Positions 33,045-47,900 of a DNA stretch of 64,000 nucleotides are shown one piece after another. Origin of the DNA: Takakia lepidozioides (taxonomy: Eukaryota; Plantae; Bryophyta); contig CM060731.1 of assembly GCA_030704615.1 (NCBI GenBank), forward strand, positions 3,472,001 to 3,536,000. Reading direction: 5' to 3'. Under the pieces are notes generated by a model. That model was not told the DNA's origin and made no database searches. It saw only the letters and a program-made list of their open reading frames with translations. How positions within the stretch are numbered: position 1 is the first letter of the stretch; every line of letters begins with the position of its first letter. Made by a program: the position numbers and the translations under genes.

Positions 33045-33189
33045 TTCCTCCTTCGACCTAAGCAGGTCAAGTACATGCAGTATAGCTCTCTAGAAACCGT
33101 TCCTCAATATCAAGACCGGGCTACAGCCATTGGAAGATATAAAACTACTCTTCTGGTTCGTTGTTATTGTTAGATTTCTGAACTCGTGT

Positions 33190-33365
33190 CATGTACGTTA
33201 TTACTGGACATCTCTATACTTGTCCAATCTTTCTGTTCCTGCTCCATCTGTACGTTATTAATAATGGACCCCTCTATACTTATCCAATCTTGCGACTGGT
33301 CCTGATCCATCTGAGTTATAATTGGACATCTCTAGCTAAATGTACGTCCAATCTTTGTGGTCCTA
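33190..33365. repeat. ~60-bp degenerate tandem repeat x3
   Basis: Recurring gttat..tggac..ctcta...tccaatctt..tcct unit. Confidence 0.7.
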
Positions 33366-35191
33366 CTATTCTTTATCTAGAACTACTCTTGATGGCTAAT
33401 CTCTTTTGACACCATAATCTTGCATCTGAGCTCTCCTATCCCTTCCTTGAACTCGGTTAATGAAAAGCATACGTACAGCCGTGCAGGTGTAGTATATCGG
33501 CCAAATCATCGGAACTCACCTTACGAACACGATCATAAGGACTAACACAGGTTAGATCGCAACCAGTTTATGTATCTCATCAGCAGCTCCCCGTCGAACA
33601 TGATCCATCTACCGGGGACGAGGAGTCGTATACATAAGATCCTGAGTAGAATCTGCTTTAGAGTGTTTAAATTAATCGCATCACAACAGCGACCACATGA
33701 CCGCGGGTTGTGGTATCACTGGGCATCAGCAGTCTTCTTGTTAACATCTGCTATAGCCTTCCTGCCAATAGCTTCAACAGACGCTCCGAATTCTCCCTGG
33801 AAGCGTTTCCAATTATAGACGCGAACTTCACCTCATGAGCAGAAAGCCTGGAGAGGGCACTGGGCTGTGCTCATGTGCCAGGACATGTTTGTAAATACAT
33901 TAGGAGCTGTTGGCCGCCTGATCTTGGTACTCCCCGATAGGGGCCGCGCACTTGCAAAAGGTTTTGTCGGGCCCTCCCTCAAGTCTTTTTAGTTGCTTTA
34001 CGATTTGAGAGGGTCTTATTTTGAACACCTTTAGTTTCTCTCATACGATGGTGTCACCTATGTGAATGTGCTCATCTGCTGCAGTCTTGGATTGTGTATA
34101 CAGGTGATAATCATGTCTTTGGCCTGGTCACAAAGTGGAGTAAGGACAAAGCAGTGGTTTACCATTTCTTGATCAATGGTATCTCCCCTGCTGATGTAGC
34201 CATTTGAGAAACCCTCCTACTTCATAAACAAACTTGAACTGGCCTTACCCGGTGATCTTCTACTACAATGGCAAGCTTTCTGAAGATTTACCATTCTCCA
34301 TGTGCTCATGAACCATGTCCTACCAGTTCTCAGGATCAGCCTCCATTCTATCTTCGTCTGAGGTTCACCAAGCAGCACTTGCACTTGCTTTGCTTCTTCA
34401 TCGGCGATCTCTGCTACTACTCTTAGTCCAGTGATCTCCTGTTAATCTCTGGTGGCTCAAATTGTGATAAGGCAGAATTTGGTTTGGCTGTTCATTTTAG
34501 CAGCCAGCAAGAGTCTGCGCATGCAAGAATCCAGCTGCGTCACCTCTTTGAACTTCCATTCAATGAATGCAGCAAACATAGCACACCAGAGTTAATGAAA
34601 AAAGAAAGGAGGAAAACCCTCTTCCAATATACAAGCTGCAAGCAGCACTACTATGCAGCACTCTAAAGTTTCCCCCCTGCAAATAAGCCTTCCTCCGCAG
34701 GGCACACTACCAAATACTATCAAGAGTCAACAGCAAACACATCATGATGCCTCATAACAAGGCAGACTGTACATTTTCAAACTAAATTTCCTACTAATCC
34801 TTGGCGCACTTTGACACTCATGTATATTAAATTGACGAAATTAGGGTTGGTGGCTTTGTCTGTTTGTCTTGGCTTCATTCAGAGTTTCATAACACTGGGC
34901 CCTTGCAAGCAGAGGATACTGGTATGGTATGCCTTCCTGAACTCAGGTATTTTTCAGATCCAACGTGTTTAGATGTTGTACTCACACCCTGGTAAAACCC
35001 CTGAAGACAAAGAACTGGATGTGTAAGTTAGCAGTAACGCACCCCACCTCGAAAGCCATGTCTTTTGACATGTGCTTCAAGACTGCAGGTACATCTGCTA
35101 CAAACTGAGGCGCAGTTGAGGAGTCCCTTCGAGGAAATCCACCAAAAAAATATAACCCTGGCTAGTTAGAATCAGGTAGATTTCATGAGCC

Positions 35192-38100
35192 TCAGCTTTT
35201 TAAATCTTCGGCAACCCTTAGCAGATGATGGATGTCAATGGTGGGGTAGTGCTGAAGCAGTTTGAGATTGGTGGTGAAGTCGCCTGCCAGCAGCCGGCTC
35301 CTCACACACAGAAGCATTGCACAACAGACCCTCAACAAAATCTCCTGCAAAGACCACACACAATACAAGCCATGTAACACAGCCATTCCAACTTCTCATC
35401 TTCATGGGATGACAAACTCCCCAGAAACTCAGATGATTCATCAGAAAATTGCAGGGAGAAACCCTGGTGTGCTAGTGGAGGTTTTGGAGGCGACTCATAG
35501 ATCGATCGATGAGAATTCAGGACAACCAAGTTTAGAAGGAAACAGGCTAGGGCTGCAGAATGTGGAACAAAGTAACATTGAACTATCAGAAGAAAGAAAG
35601 ATCATCCAGGAAAGAAGTACAAAGTATTATCACACAGCACTCGTGAAATTCTGCCTTGTCTCTGCCTTCGTCGCCAGACAAATGGCAGGATTTATGAACA
35701 ACAGGCGGTATAAGACCTACTACAAATTCATGATAGATAGGAGTTGGTTATCAGCATATTACAATTGGCCCCTATAGCCATACCAATCTTAACTTGAATG
35801 AAGTTTCACCAAACATAAATTATCACAGCCTTCCACAGTCTACTACAGCATATCACAGCCTACCATAGTCTGTCACAGCCCAACACAGGCGACACAGCCC
35901 ACACAGGTTGCACAGTCCATAGGGTCAGTGATGGGTGGACATGAGTTAACGTCAGTAAAGTGGCCGGTAAGTGTACAGACAGTTTGGAAGTCAAACTCGG
36001 AGAATGTGCCACGTGGTCAGAAGGAGACGGGAGAGTGTTTGAATTCAAACATGTGCCCTAGGCGCCTCTAGCAAGAACTCAAGCAGGCAAAGCAAATCGT
36101 CGTGAATCATAAACTTAGTAGACCAACATATGCAGACTCACCAGTGGTCCATCAGGATTACTGAGAAGGGAGTCCCAAAGCCGCAGTGAGTCAGCAAAGT
36201 TGAACTCCTGTGTCAATAGCAGTGTTATCCATCTGAACGCATAAAACTGCGGATTAACCTGTTGCAGAACACATCACCACACTGTTTCTTAGATGAGATG
36301 AAGGAAAAAAACCCTTAAAGCAACACACTGATTCCAGCTCCACCATCACTCTTGGCCTTCACTCTGGGGCCTGTTGCATAATCTTACAGATCAGCAGAAA
36401 CCAGCTACCTAGTTTAGGACACAAACCTTGGAGGTTTGCTCCAAATGTCGCCAGAGCTCTTCATCATGCCGTCGAAGCAATGCAGTCAGTTGAGCTATAG
36501 TGGACCTGATGCCCACAGCGCTGTTGTCCAGTTGCTGACAAAAGTGATCCCTGAAATCGCTCAGCAGCTCTACAAAACAGAAAAAGGCATCCTCCTCTGC
36601 ATGTGCCTGGACACGACAGCAAATCCACGCATTCAGGAACTGCCTCTGCCTCTATTCTATTCACCTTCAGACTGTCGAAAATAGTCCACACGATTGCAAT
36701 ATTCTAAGCCTAATCAGAAGGGCTTCCTCTCTTAACATTTCATAAAGCAGAGGACAGACCAGTGTAAGAACTGGCAGACATACAGGCTAGTGGAAAGGAG
36801 TAGGGCTTCTAAGCAGCTTAGAGGTCCTGGGAAAGTAATCTTGAAACAACAATTGCCAAGTGGTAACTGTGAGTATGGGAGTGCATATGAAACAGCTTGA
36901 CATGAGAGATTGCTAAGGGGGTCAGAAATTTATCAGAAACAAATTTAATGTCCAAGGAAGGCCCATCACAGGGAAAGCCATTTTAGTCGACACACAAATG
37001 GTGTGTACCACTTCATCTGCCATGAGACCCCTAACGAAGATGAGGAGTACCACTCGACGAGACCAGCATAAAGTATAATGCAAGATCCTAACTTAAGGCA
37101 CTTTCTAACAGCCAGATTTTTCAGACTGGAGCTGCTTATGTGGCCCAGTTAGGGCGAGTCCACATTGGCCCTGATCCCCATTGAGACTCTTGCTCACCCA
37201 GAACTGTAAGGGTTGGCGCCCAGAAACACCCCCTTTTCCAACCTCTCAAAATCAAAATTCAGTACATCATAAGCATGTAACCAAGAAGTTTGGTAGGCAG
37301 TAATGTGAACATCTGTTCCACAGTTAACTTTTTAGCCAACACTCCTCACTCTCAGCGCCCAAAAAGTGCCAAGACCTTATGAAATGACAAGAAACATTCA
37401 AAGAACCCTTGCAAAATGTTTCTGAGTGTCCTTCCTCCCAAGCAGAGTGTCAGTAGGATCCAGCTGCAGATTTCCTCCAAGTGTCAAGCCACACCAAGCA
37501 ATGCCCCACAACCAACCCCATCCTTAGCTGTGATGAAGGATCTGATCCTCACCGTATCCTCTTCATCAACGTCAGTCTTGAACACATAGTACAAAGGAGC
37601 TAGCACCTCGTTCATGCCTTGTACATATCGAATGCCAGGGTTTAACTTCGCAAATATAAAAAGCACACGCTTGAGTGCCTCCTGTTAAACATGGACCATT
37701 GGACCAAATACAACAGGAGGACAAATCAGAACACTGGATAACATGTACATACATGGAAGTGGGCCGAGTGCAAAGCCTCAGGTTGCTGCAAAAACCCACT
37801 ACCATTTGGCCAAGACAGCACCCTGCTTAACAGCTATATGTTTACATCAGAACGTCAATCAGGATACTTTGACCCCCTCCTAGAGCAAGGGTTGCTGGGG
37901 CTATCCACTTGTAAATCCTAAGACCTGCCAGAAGTGCTTAATTAAAAGAGGTTTCAAAATGGTCTCAGACAAAGAGAGCACCAAACAGACCTGGTTCTCA
38001 TAAGCATAGGTTGAGTCTCCACAGAAAAACTGCATGTCAGGATGTGTGCGCTTCACATCTCGGTTTATCTGCTCTGCTAGCTCTGTATCCTGCCCATAGC

Positions 38101-40557
38101 TCAGGCAATGTCAAAATTTTGATCATGCTGGGAAACTAAAAGATCCCAATGCAACTCCTAAGCTCCCCAGATGACCAGGGCACAAGGAACCATAAGCGGA
38201 TGGTGCTGATCAACATTCCATGGTGTCCATGAGTTTGATTTCGCATATAAAGTGAGGACCGCCCCAAGAGAAAGGAGAAACAGGGCACAGAAGGGGAAGA
38301 TGGGAGGGGGAGGCAGCTCCCACTTGTTGGAAGGTGGCAGTCCTACTGTCAGTATTAAGTAAAATCCTGCTCCCACAGTTTGCTTGTTTGAGTCGTAAAC
38401 ACTACAGACCTGGAAAAACTGATGCCAAACACTACTGCTGCCTAGGCTGAGAGGATGATCATCATGAGTGATCTCATAACGCTGCAGCAGCCCCTCTTTA
38501 GCTTCCAATTCTGCTGCCTTCATAGCTTCCATCTCCTCCCTCCTTCTTGTCACCTCAGACTGCAACAATAAAGAGAATGATGACATTTCTAGCGTGAACC
38601 CGTTGCCAAAAAGAAAATTCCGTAAATGTCAGAACATCAACTGCCAACCTGCCTGTCCATCAAAGAGATGATTGATCAACCCTGGTGGTCAAATTCATGA
38701 CACAAGAAATTGCCTGAATCTTGTAAATAATAAACAATCAGTCAAGCTACACAGAATGTGGCATCAAGGATAACATATCAGATCCCTGAAGCATAGAAAG
38801 GGCGGGTCTTACTGGATTTATTATCATCTCGTCTCGAAAAACAATATATTCTGCACGCTTTTTGGCAAGTTCCGCATTCCAGTCATCACGATTTCTAGGC
38901 AGGTAGCCAAGTAAGAGCTGCACACAACTCTTTGAACATCTGTCACCTTCCCTCTTCTAAATAACAGAAAGGCCTGAAATTTATACTAGTTTAAGAGTAG
39001 ACTGATTTCTACTATGGGAGAACCCAATATAGTGCCACTACTCTCCCTGCAAGTGGTCATATTGCACACTTCTGAAAAAGTAGTTGCGACAAAAAATTTC
39101 CAGCAGATATCCAGACAATGAAAAAAAGTTGATTGACAAATTTGATGAGGATGCAGTATTTTGTGTTCTTTCGATTGTAAACTTGGGTTCCCCTTCTTGC
39201 TTTATGTTACATTGGCCCACCTTTACCATACTCCTCATGCTGGAAACCATTGTCCTACATCCCTTCCTAACTTCCAGACCACTCGTAAGGCTAATGATGT
39301 CACCCGACCTTCCATGTGGTCGCTCGTATGCCTCCAGTGTCAGGAATGCCTTGAGATGCCAGGCGTTGCAGCTCGGCTATGTGGATTCTTCTCCTTGTTA
39401 ACTGGTAGAGTAAAAACATGACAAGCTCATCGTCAAACCTAACCAGTAGGTATTCGGCTGAAATCCTTGTCTTGATTCACATACATGCACACATAATGAC
39501 TGGTAACCGAAAATATACAATACAATCTTTGGACAGTATTCCTAAAATAGACATGAGAGGCTGAGAGAAAAAGAGAAACGGAGAAACTTCCCTTCATGCC
39601 AGAATTGAATGAAGGTGTGAAAGTATACAGGGGTGATACTCGACTACCAGGAAGATATGCTGTCTTTAGAGCAGAAATGTAGCAAAGATCCTGCCTGCTC
39701 CTGGAACTCAGCTAATGAGCACGATGCTTTGACTCATTAAAAAAGGACAAATTCCTGCAAGCTGAGGAGAAACTATGCTTGATTTGAGGTGATCGGCCTA
39801 GAGCCAACTTCAACTGAGAACCTGGAATTCCCCAATCAAAACAAAAGTCCCCCACAAGCGTTTCGGCTGGAAGCACCATTGCTCTTATTACATTATAAGG
39901 CTTCAAGGTGATGTTGTATGGATGTGGTAAACTGAGGTGTAGATGGGCACCTCAGCAGTAAAGAGTGTAACACGGAAGTCAAATGCAGAGCTTTTCTTGA
40001 CTTCCTCCTCTTGCACAGTTGGAGAAGAAGGGGCTGAACCCGAATCCGCCCATATCTGCCAGAATCGTTATATTAGAAAAGCTTATACCCCTAACTAAGT
40101 ATAACATACTGCACTTGATAACAATTCCACCGAGCCTGTGGATAGTTACGCTCGGAATACAGATACAAACCGACCCAGATCTATGCATCTGGAGAAAAGC
40201 CTAAAACAGCAATAAAGAAATTCAACCAAAACAGTGCAGCAAAGGGCCTCATACCTGCATAGCAGGGGGCACCAAATCATGGACATTAGTCTGGCCTGGA
40301 ATTCTGCTATGCTGTACTCTTTGTCCGCCCTTGACCTCCCCGTTCCTATTATTGCTTCCTACATCGTCGTCTTCTCCTTCGTTTCCACCATATTGCGGGT
40401 AACCAGGGGAAGACCTGCCTTTCTCGCTGCCATTCTCCCCAAACGAATATCCTGACCTCACAGGTGTCCTTGGGTTGGAATTCCATGCCGCGCTGTTCAG
40501 CCATGCTGGCACCGGCTTGCGTGTACTTGCACTGGTGCCATTTCCCGTGCCCATCAT
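35192..40557 (-). CDS. TBC-domain Rab GTPase-activating protein (TBC1D13-like), multi-exon
   Basis: Exons encode ELQRLASQGIPD, LLLGYLP, INRDVKRTHPD (IxxDxxR), YVQGMNEVLAP (YxQ), FYAFRWITLLLTQEF, LLQHYP. Confidence 0.93.
35823..36072 (+). mobile_element. Second copy of the CACAG-decamer element, inside the last TBC intron
   Basis: 10-bp CACAG units followed by cacagtccatagg...ggtggac..g.gttaac...agtggccgg, as at 209-265. Confidence 0.7.
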
Positions 40558-41279
40558 GATCGAAAGAGAAGAGAGGGGAAGAGGAATACCAGATCCGTTC
40601 TTGTTGTTTCTTTGATATTCCGAATGTCCAAGAAGCGCCGAAGAGAACAGTGTGATTCAGAATTTATGTTCGTCTTTGCTCCCAAAAATTGCAGACTTAT
40701 TAAACGTCTAACCCCAATTCCCCATACTAATACTAATCTTCAGCTCCCTGTCTTCCTCTCCCACTTGCTTTCACTTTCTTTATCTTGACACTAATGTTCC
40801 TACGCATAATATCGACCAATTAGTTCCAGGTCTCCGCACAACGTCGTCTGCTTGAAGCTCTGACAGAAGATTCCACCCGGGCCATCGAAGATTATCCCTC
40901 TCCTGCCAGATAACATACATATCACCAAACCCTAGCAATGAAGCCCGATCCTGTCTTACAACCCGACTAGCCGTTCCTTCAAACCGATCACCAATCGAGT
41001 GGACAATGGAACAATCGCCTGACACTCCACAGCCATACTAAAACCCTCGAACCTCGCAAAACCAGCTCTCATCATTTCCTCCTCCAAATTCGGTTGCATC
41101 ACAATCGTTTCCTACGCTACACAATCCAAACCACCACACATCCTCCACTCTACACTAATCTCTCAACGACAAGCTTCCACTGACATCACGATCGTCACCA
41201 TCACACTCTGCCTTGGACCCCTTCCTCTTTTCTTTCCCACACAAACCCGCCTTCTTTGCCACGTTGGCCACATACAAAC

Positions 41280-41403
41280 CACCGGTCATAACCGGTCTTC
41301 CAGTCCGCCTGGGGATTTCGCCGTTGCCAGGCCACCGGTCATAGCCGGTCTTCCAGTCCGCTCGGGAATTTCGCCGTTGCAAGGCCACCGGTCATTACCG
41401 GTC
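41280..41403. repeat. ~53-bp tandem repeat (2.4 copies) with ACCGGT palindromes
   Basis: caccggtcata.ccggtcttccagtccgc..ggg.atttcgccgttgc.aggc repeated. Confidence 0.85.
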
Positions 41404-44400
41404 TACGTCGTTTTGCCACTAAGCAGGGTTAGCTAGCCTGACAAGTTTCTGCTGCCATGTGTTTCCTGAGGACTGGAAACTTGAGCTGTGCTCAATGCAT
41501 CGTCTCTCTCGCTGGGATCGTGCTCAATCGCCCTGCACGTAGCCTGCACAAGATTGTAGTGGGGCCCATGATAAGTCTGGAGGTCGCCAACAATGTTTGC
41601 TAGGTGTACAGGGATAGAGCACAATCGAGAGACAGCATAGTATGGCCATGGTTTGTGGGAGATTTCTACCATCGTTTCGATCGTCTGCAAGCTTTTGTGT
41701 ACCACTATGATGGGGTACGCCCTGACATCATATTGCCAGTATTCAGGGTAAAGAGAAAGTTGTGTCGAAGGGTGGACATCTTTAGGTAGTTTGTCTTGGA
41801 AATTGAAGCAAGATTTGATGTGTTCAAGCTCAAGGCCCAAAGATTATACGCTCTTGCAGAAAGGTTTTCTTTTGAAGTTCCTATGTCAACGGAATTGTTT
41901 GCACAGGTAGCCTACTAAATTACTGTAGCCCGGATACATTTCTTGTATTAGCACATGAGTGAATTCTCAGTCTGTATGACCATAGCATTGAACACATTGC
42001 TCTTCTTTCCAGGCCCTTTCAAATAGGTATACAGCTGAAAACTCACAACGCCATACTACAGCTCCGGATTAGGAGGGAAACTCGTTATTATACCAATTAT
42101 AACACTTGGTGCATCAAACTCGTAGAAAAACCTTGCAGATCTGCATGTGGAAGTGACGATCGTGTCGCCATCCATGGCAACAGACCTGTAGACACCGTTG
42201 TCCTGATTCAAACATGTTGTTCGTAGACTTCTTCTCACTCACTTCATGATTCTTCTCTGCACAGATTCCCAGGGTTCCTTTTCGATCCATCAACTTGCCT
42301 CCTTCTAAAAGTACAAGCTGCGCTCACTCCTTGCCAGCAAAAGCAGCTCTATCCGTATAGATGAAAGATGCTGATCATAGATGAAACCTTCATCATCCGC
42401 AACCCGAACCACAACTTCCGTTGGCTAGCCTTGGGAAAAGTCATGCGAAATAGCCTCGGTTCTGGTCCGGTGATCAGGCTCGGAACACGAGACAGAAAAT
42501 CGCACATCAGTAAATAACAAATAATATTTAATTAAAAAAATAAGGAAATATAACGGTTGATAGTTTCTGGCGAACAAATCAGCTAGAAAAAGGGAAGAAA
42601 GTTAAGTAAATATCTGCCCCAAACACCCGAAAAATCAAATCAGCTACAGGCGAGCCGACGCTTAAGCGGCTGTCCGAATAGAAGTGGCAGCGTGCATTGT
42701 AGCCCAATTGGTAAATGGCATGGCCCCACTTGGCCGCCAAGTGCCGCTGTGTGGGCACATCATTTTGGAAACTTCTAAAGTCCAGAACCTTCTACAGGGT
42801 CCGCTGGAACACATCCGCCTAGCCGCTTTCCATTCTAGTGCGGGCTGCAGACGGAGCACTCTACCAGACCAGGCAGGGAATGTAGCTGAGCGAGGACGAG
42901 CGCCAGGACCGTTAGGGGAGGATGGAGGCCATGAAAGCACATTGACAATCAAGACGTCTATATTCCTAGACGTCTATATTGATTGATGGCTGTCTCTGAA
43001 TTTTATACACAAAATTAGCTTGCTATCGGATTTGGTTTCGTTGTGAACTCTACTCGCAACCCATCTGACTATTTGCTCAAGATCAACAAGAGAATAAGGC
43101 AGATTGAAATAGTTTGCTGTTCACAACGAAATAATTAGAAACAAGAAAGCCGGGGAAGCGCAATCGACTTTCCAGTAAAACGGCCATCCGGAAACGCACA
43201 TCACGTGGCGAGATTTCATCCATCCGATGTCACAAGTTCCAATCGTGTCCACCAAAAGCGAAAGACGCAACATCTCCGCAAGAGAAAAGTATGAATTTAG
43301 CCAAGTGCCAGGAATGCAGCTCCGTCCACCCGAGCCTAATCGGCCTAGGTTGGGTTTCCACGCAGGCTCGAACTATGCTCAAGTCGCTCGGCACCGGCGC
43401 AAGTTAGGTCACGTCCCGAAGCTGCGGAGGGTCGACAGGGGAGGGCGGGGAAGGAGGAGGAGGAAGGAGATGCAGGAAGGGAAGAAGCGCAGCGGGGCAT
43501 CAGGGCTGGGGCGGGGGCGCGCAGCATCACACACAACACAAGCGATCCATCAGGTGCTCCCGCATCACCTTCTCTTATGCATGCCTTTCCATCCCCACCT
43601 CTACCTTCCCTCCCTGCTCTGCCGACACTTGTCTCTGCCGTCCCCACGTTTCTTGTCTGTCATTCATTCATCCTGGAAAGAGAATCACTGAGTTGAGTTG
43701 GATCCATCTCGGACGGAGTTGAGTGCTGTATTGGCATTGTTTCTCATTCGTGTCTTCCGAGGTTGTTTCTTTCGTGTGGGTGATCTTCTGTGGTGTGACT
43801 TGCAGGTCGCTCTCTCTGCACTGTTGTGCATATCTTCTTCTGGGTTATTCAGTAGGTTTCTCGCTCTCGGTGTCAGAAGTGGTGTTCCAAGTGCCTAATC
43901 GTCAACTCTGGGCCTGTTTGTGAATGTTACTAGTTGGCAATAAATCGTTCAATTACCTTGAGCATTAACTCTCGCTCTTGCAAGTGGGAGGAATTGATCT
44001 ACGTCTCTGTTAATCAGGAATCACGAACCTTCTTTTTTCCTGGAAAGATTGTATTTTGAGGATGCTTTTACTGACAGAGACCTGTAGTGACAGTCCTCAT
44101 CACCCTGATGTTCCCGGTCATCGAACTTGCAACCTTCCAATATTCCTAAACAGAAGTAGCGTACCCCCACGTTGTATCGTACCTCTTCGTCTCATTCCTG
44201 CTTTTCCGGGGAGTAGTGAGCTTGCTATGTTCTCTCCTTGGTAATTCATACACCATGATTGTACCAATGTGTAAATCCACTTTCACACTGCCGCAGTGAA
44301 GGGCCTCATCATTTCCCAATCTCACAACTCTTTTGAATCTCAGTTCCTTGTTTTATCTTGAACTTTGCATATTTTGTGCTCATTCCATCTCCCATTACTG

Positions 44401-44957
44401 CCATTTGCAAGAGTCCTATCCCCCCCTTACGCCGTCCCACTCTCTATAGATCTCGCTCGAAATCTTTGTATTTTTCCACGATCTGAACTTCCTTGGCATG
44501 CATTGCCACATCTCATTTTGATCTGCTTGTTCTTTCATCTTTCGAACAGTCAATGTAAAAATCTCCTAAAGCTTGTCCAACCGCCCTCATGTCAAAAGCC
44601 TGCCGGGTGCTTTCAATTACTTTGCTCTCACCATCTACCCTTCCAGATCTGCTCATACAGGGTCTTCAATCCAACCTATGTAGGTCTTTGACCTGTGGTG
44701 CAGCGGAGAATGAGACCAGAGACTGATCGACCTCTGATGTATGGATTGATATATTGTTGTCATCATGCAATTGCCAAGTGGCCATGGGATCTCTTATCTG
44801 TCTAAGCCTCTTATCCAAAGCCACTTTCTGAGAAACAAGCATGGCAGAATCCTGGTACAGCATATATTTGCAATCTTCATGTTTTTGTCATTTTGAAGGT
44901 TCTGAAGCTCACTTATAAAGCTCGAGTCTGAGTTGCTGGTGTTCGATAACAAAGAAA

Positions 44958-47900
44958 ATGGCAGGAGGGCAGTTAGGGTCCCCTAATTGCGATGGTGCGG
45001 TCCTTAACTCTTTCAACAGCCCTCGCTTTGACATCAATGAGTTTCTGAAAACCCCGAAAGACAACCCTGAGGAGCCTTTCTTCAATTTCACAGACTTCAA
45101 TATACCCACACCCACATTCAATTTACTTACGCCCCTCCCACCTTTCAATTCCCGAAGGACCGGAAGGAGTGAGGGGGGCTCAGAGCCAGACTTCAGTGCA
45201 CTGCTGTTTGACAACAAGGGCACTGATACAGAGGGCACATGTGCCGAGGACACGCTAAATGGGGAGTTAATTGCGTTTGATGAGATTGATGCTGATATTG
45301 CCAAAGACGCATTTGCCCTCTTTAGCGGCTCACACGACAACTTCATTCCCAATCCGCCTATCTCCCCTTTGAGGATGAATGTGCCTTCCTACCCTCCTCC
45401 ACCAAGCACTAGATTCTCTTCGATGAGCTTCCCTCCCGCCATGTTCACACCAGGATCTTACATGGGAGGAGAGCCAGGTGGGCTTATGGAGGTAGAAGAG
45501 CGAGCGCTAGTGAGTATGGAGCATGGGGCCTCAACCTCTGGCCCTGCAAACTCCATGATGTGTGGTGGTGGCCCCATGGACTGGGGCATGCCACACGAGG
45601 GGCCGCCCGAGCCTAACCCTGCCCAGACACACAACCAACAGTTGCAATGTGACTCTTGCCAAATTTTGCGCCGTATCATCCATTCTAACGGTGCCCCCTC
45701 TCCTTCAATCATCCCCTCAATTCATTGGACCTCTTTTGAGATCTTAAGTTCCTTAAAGACTGGAGTTATGATTGCACAATCTCTTCAGCATCCGTCCACA
45801 CCTTACACTGCCAGAGTTAGTGAGGAAAATCCAACTTTGCCTGAATTTGTGGGACATCATCCACCTTCACAGTGTCATAACCTTTGTGAGATCTCACCTT
45901 CCTGGCATTTTATAGTGCACCCAGGCAAGTTGTGTCTGCATCTCTTTTTCCCTCTACAATTTCAGGGATCTTACTTCAGGAATCAAGTCTTTGAGATGTG
46001 CCCTCACCTAATCAATAAGGAATGAAGAAGAACTGAATAATTACTCATCCTGATCTTTCTTTCTGTGATGATGTTATTCAGTGTTACGCAGGAATGCTTG
46101 CAGTCTAGAACATGCTTTTTGATAAACCTGCAAACCCCTTAGCCTGGCACTCTAATAATGGGCCAGTATAAATGCTCATAGAACCTTGACGCTGAAAGTG
46201 GATGCCTGGATTTATTAGATCAATTAGGGTGGAGACCCATTTTCATTTCTTATACTTCCTTATCCATGGTTGCTTCCATTTCTCCCTCGGATTCCCAGTC
46301 TCATTGTGAAGGTTCGTCTCGCAACTAGTCTAGGGCCACAACAGTAGTCTCTCTGATAACTCTTGACGTTGCATGTGGGTCAGGCGTCCAAGACACAAAG
46401 CTTGAGATTCATGGGTGTGATGGCCAGAGCTATCATGCAGTATTGCAGACTCGGTTTTGTATTGATGATGGATTTCCTGCATCTTTTGAGCAACAGATGG
46501 TTGAGTAAGTAGCGAGTTGCCTTAGGGAGGGTTGTTTTTGGACTTGGATTTTGTGTAGAGATTGAAATCTTTTTATACACTTGCAGGCATCAGAGTTATA
46601 TGCACACTTCACCTTCAAGCGTACATCTACTTGTGGGGAATCTCAAGGGGCTCATGCACAAGAGTGCCAATTTTCTTGCTTGCAGGCTTCCTTTAAAATG
46701 TGCAAAAGGAAAATGTGGACATGTAGCAAATCCTTGATTAGACATCAATGTAACATTATAATACCTGGCAAAAACAGTGGGCCAAATGCATTCAAAGATC
46801 TGAAGTTCTCAGCAGACCTGACTTCAGCCTGGGGGGAATGTATCCAGGGCAGGGCATAACAACAGGTTAGGAAAAGGCCTGTATAGTAGCGCAGAGTTTT
46901 GCCCCAAACACATTGTTGTCATTCCCAACATACTGCTATATCTGTCATTGCAGAGAGGCATGTGATAGTCTGAGGGGTTGATTTTCATCGTGTGAGTGCT
47001 GCATTCAACCACAATTGAATGCACACTCGTTCCCCAAGGGTTGTGGAAGCTCTTCCACTTGGATTGGAACATTCAACTTTTTGTTGACATTCCTTGCCTG
47101 TACTAAATGCAGCTCTCAAGGACCTCAACTAAGATCCTTTCACATGCAAAATGTGAGCTGATGTACAACTGCCTAGAGTGCTCTTAGAGGTACTAATGAG
47201 GAAAGTGCTAGAACACATGGTGAGTGTCTATATGATGATTTATCTGTCTTGCAGGTTTCCAGTGGGAAATGCCGAGTACGTAAAGCAATTTCTGTTGCAG
47301 TATAGCCTTCTAAGACGGAAAGAAGGGTTCGTACTTCGGCATGACTCTCTGTCCACAGGTGCGGATGGAGGCCTTATGGCATCAGAGCATGTGATGAATG
47401 CATCAGCTGGGCGCCTGCCCAAGCAAATGGGCCATATTGCCCTCCCAGACCTACTCTGTACATCTTCTGGTATTTTTCTTCTGTGCTAGTCAGATTGCCT
47501 TTATCTCAGTTCTTGCCTTGTTAGGTATTCTTTCTGAGGTCTCCAACTCCATATGCTGAAACTATTACCTTCTCCTGAAGAGCAAGCTTGGAAGTTTTGC
47601 TATGCACTTCCGGCACTGTTGGACACTCTCCTCGTATGCAGTGTCTTTTTTCGCTTTCTCTCACTCTCTCTTGTTGTCTTGTCAAGGGTGAAACACCCAA
47701 ATCAAACCTTACAAAACATAATCCTTGAACATAGTCATGGCAAGCCAAGAGAAGGCCACCCTGGCAGGCCCAGGGGGTGAAGAAACACAACAGGCTCTGT
47801 CTTGGTCTTCTTTTCCTCTCTGTCATGTTCCTTAGGCCCTTTGACCTCCCAAGGATGCTTTATAGTTTTCATTTATGAAGTACCATTTCATTGCATTTCT

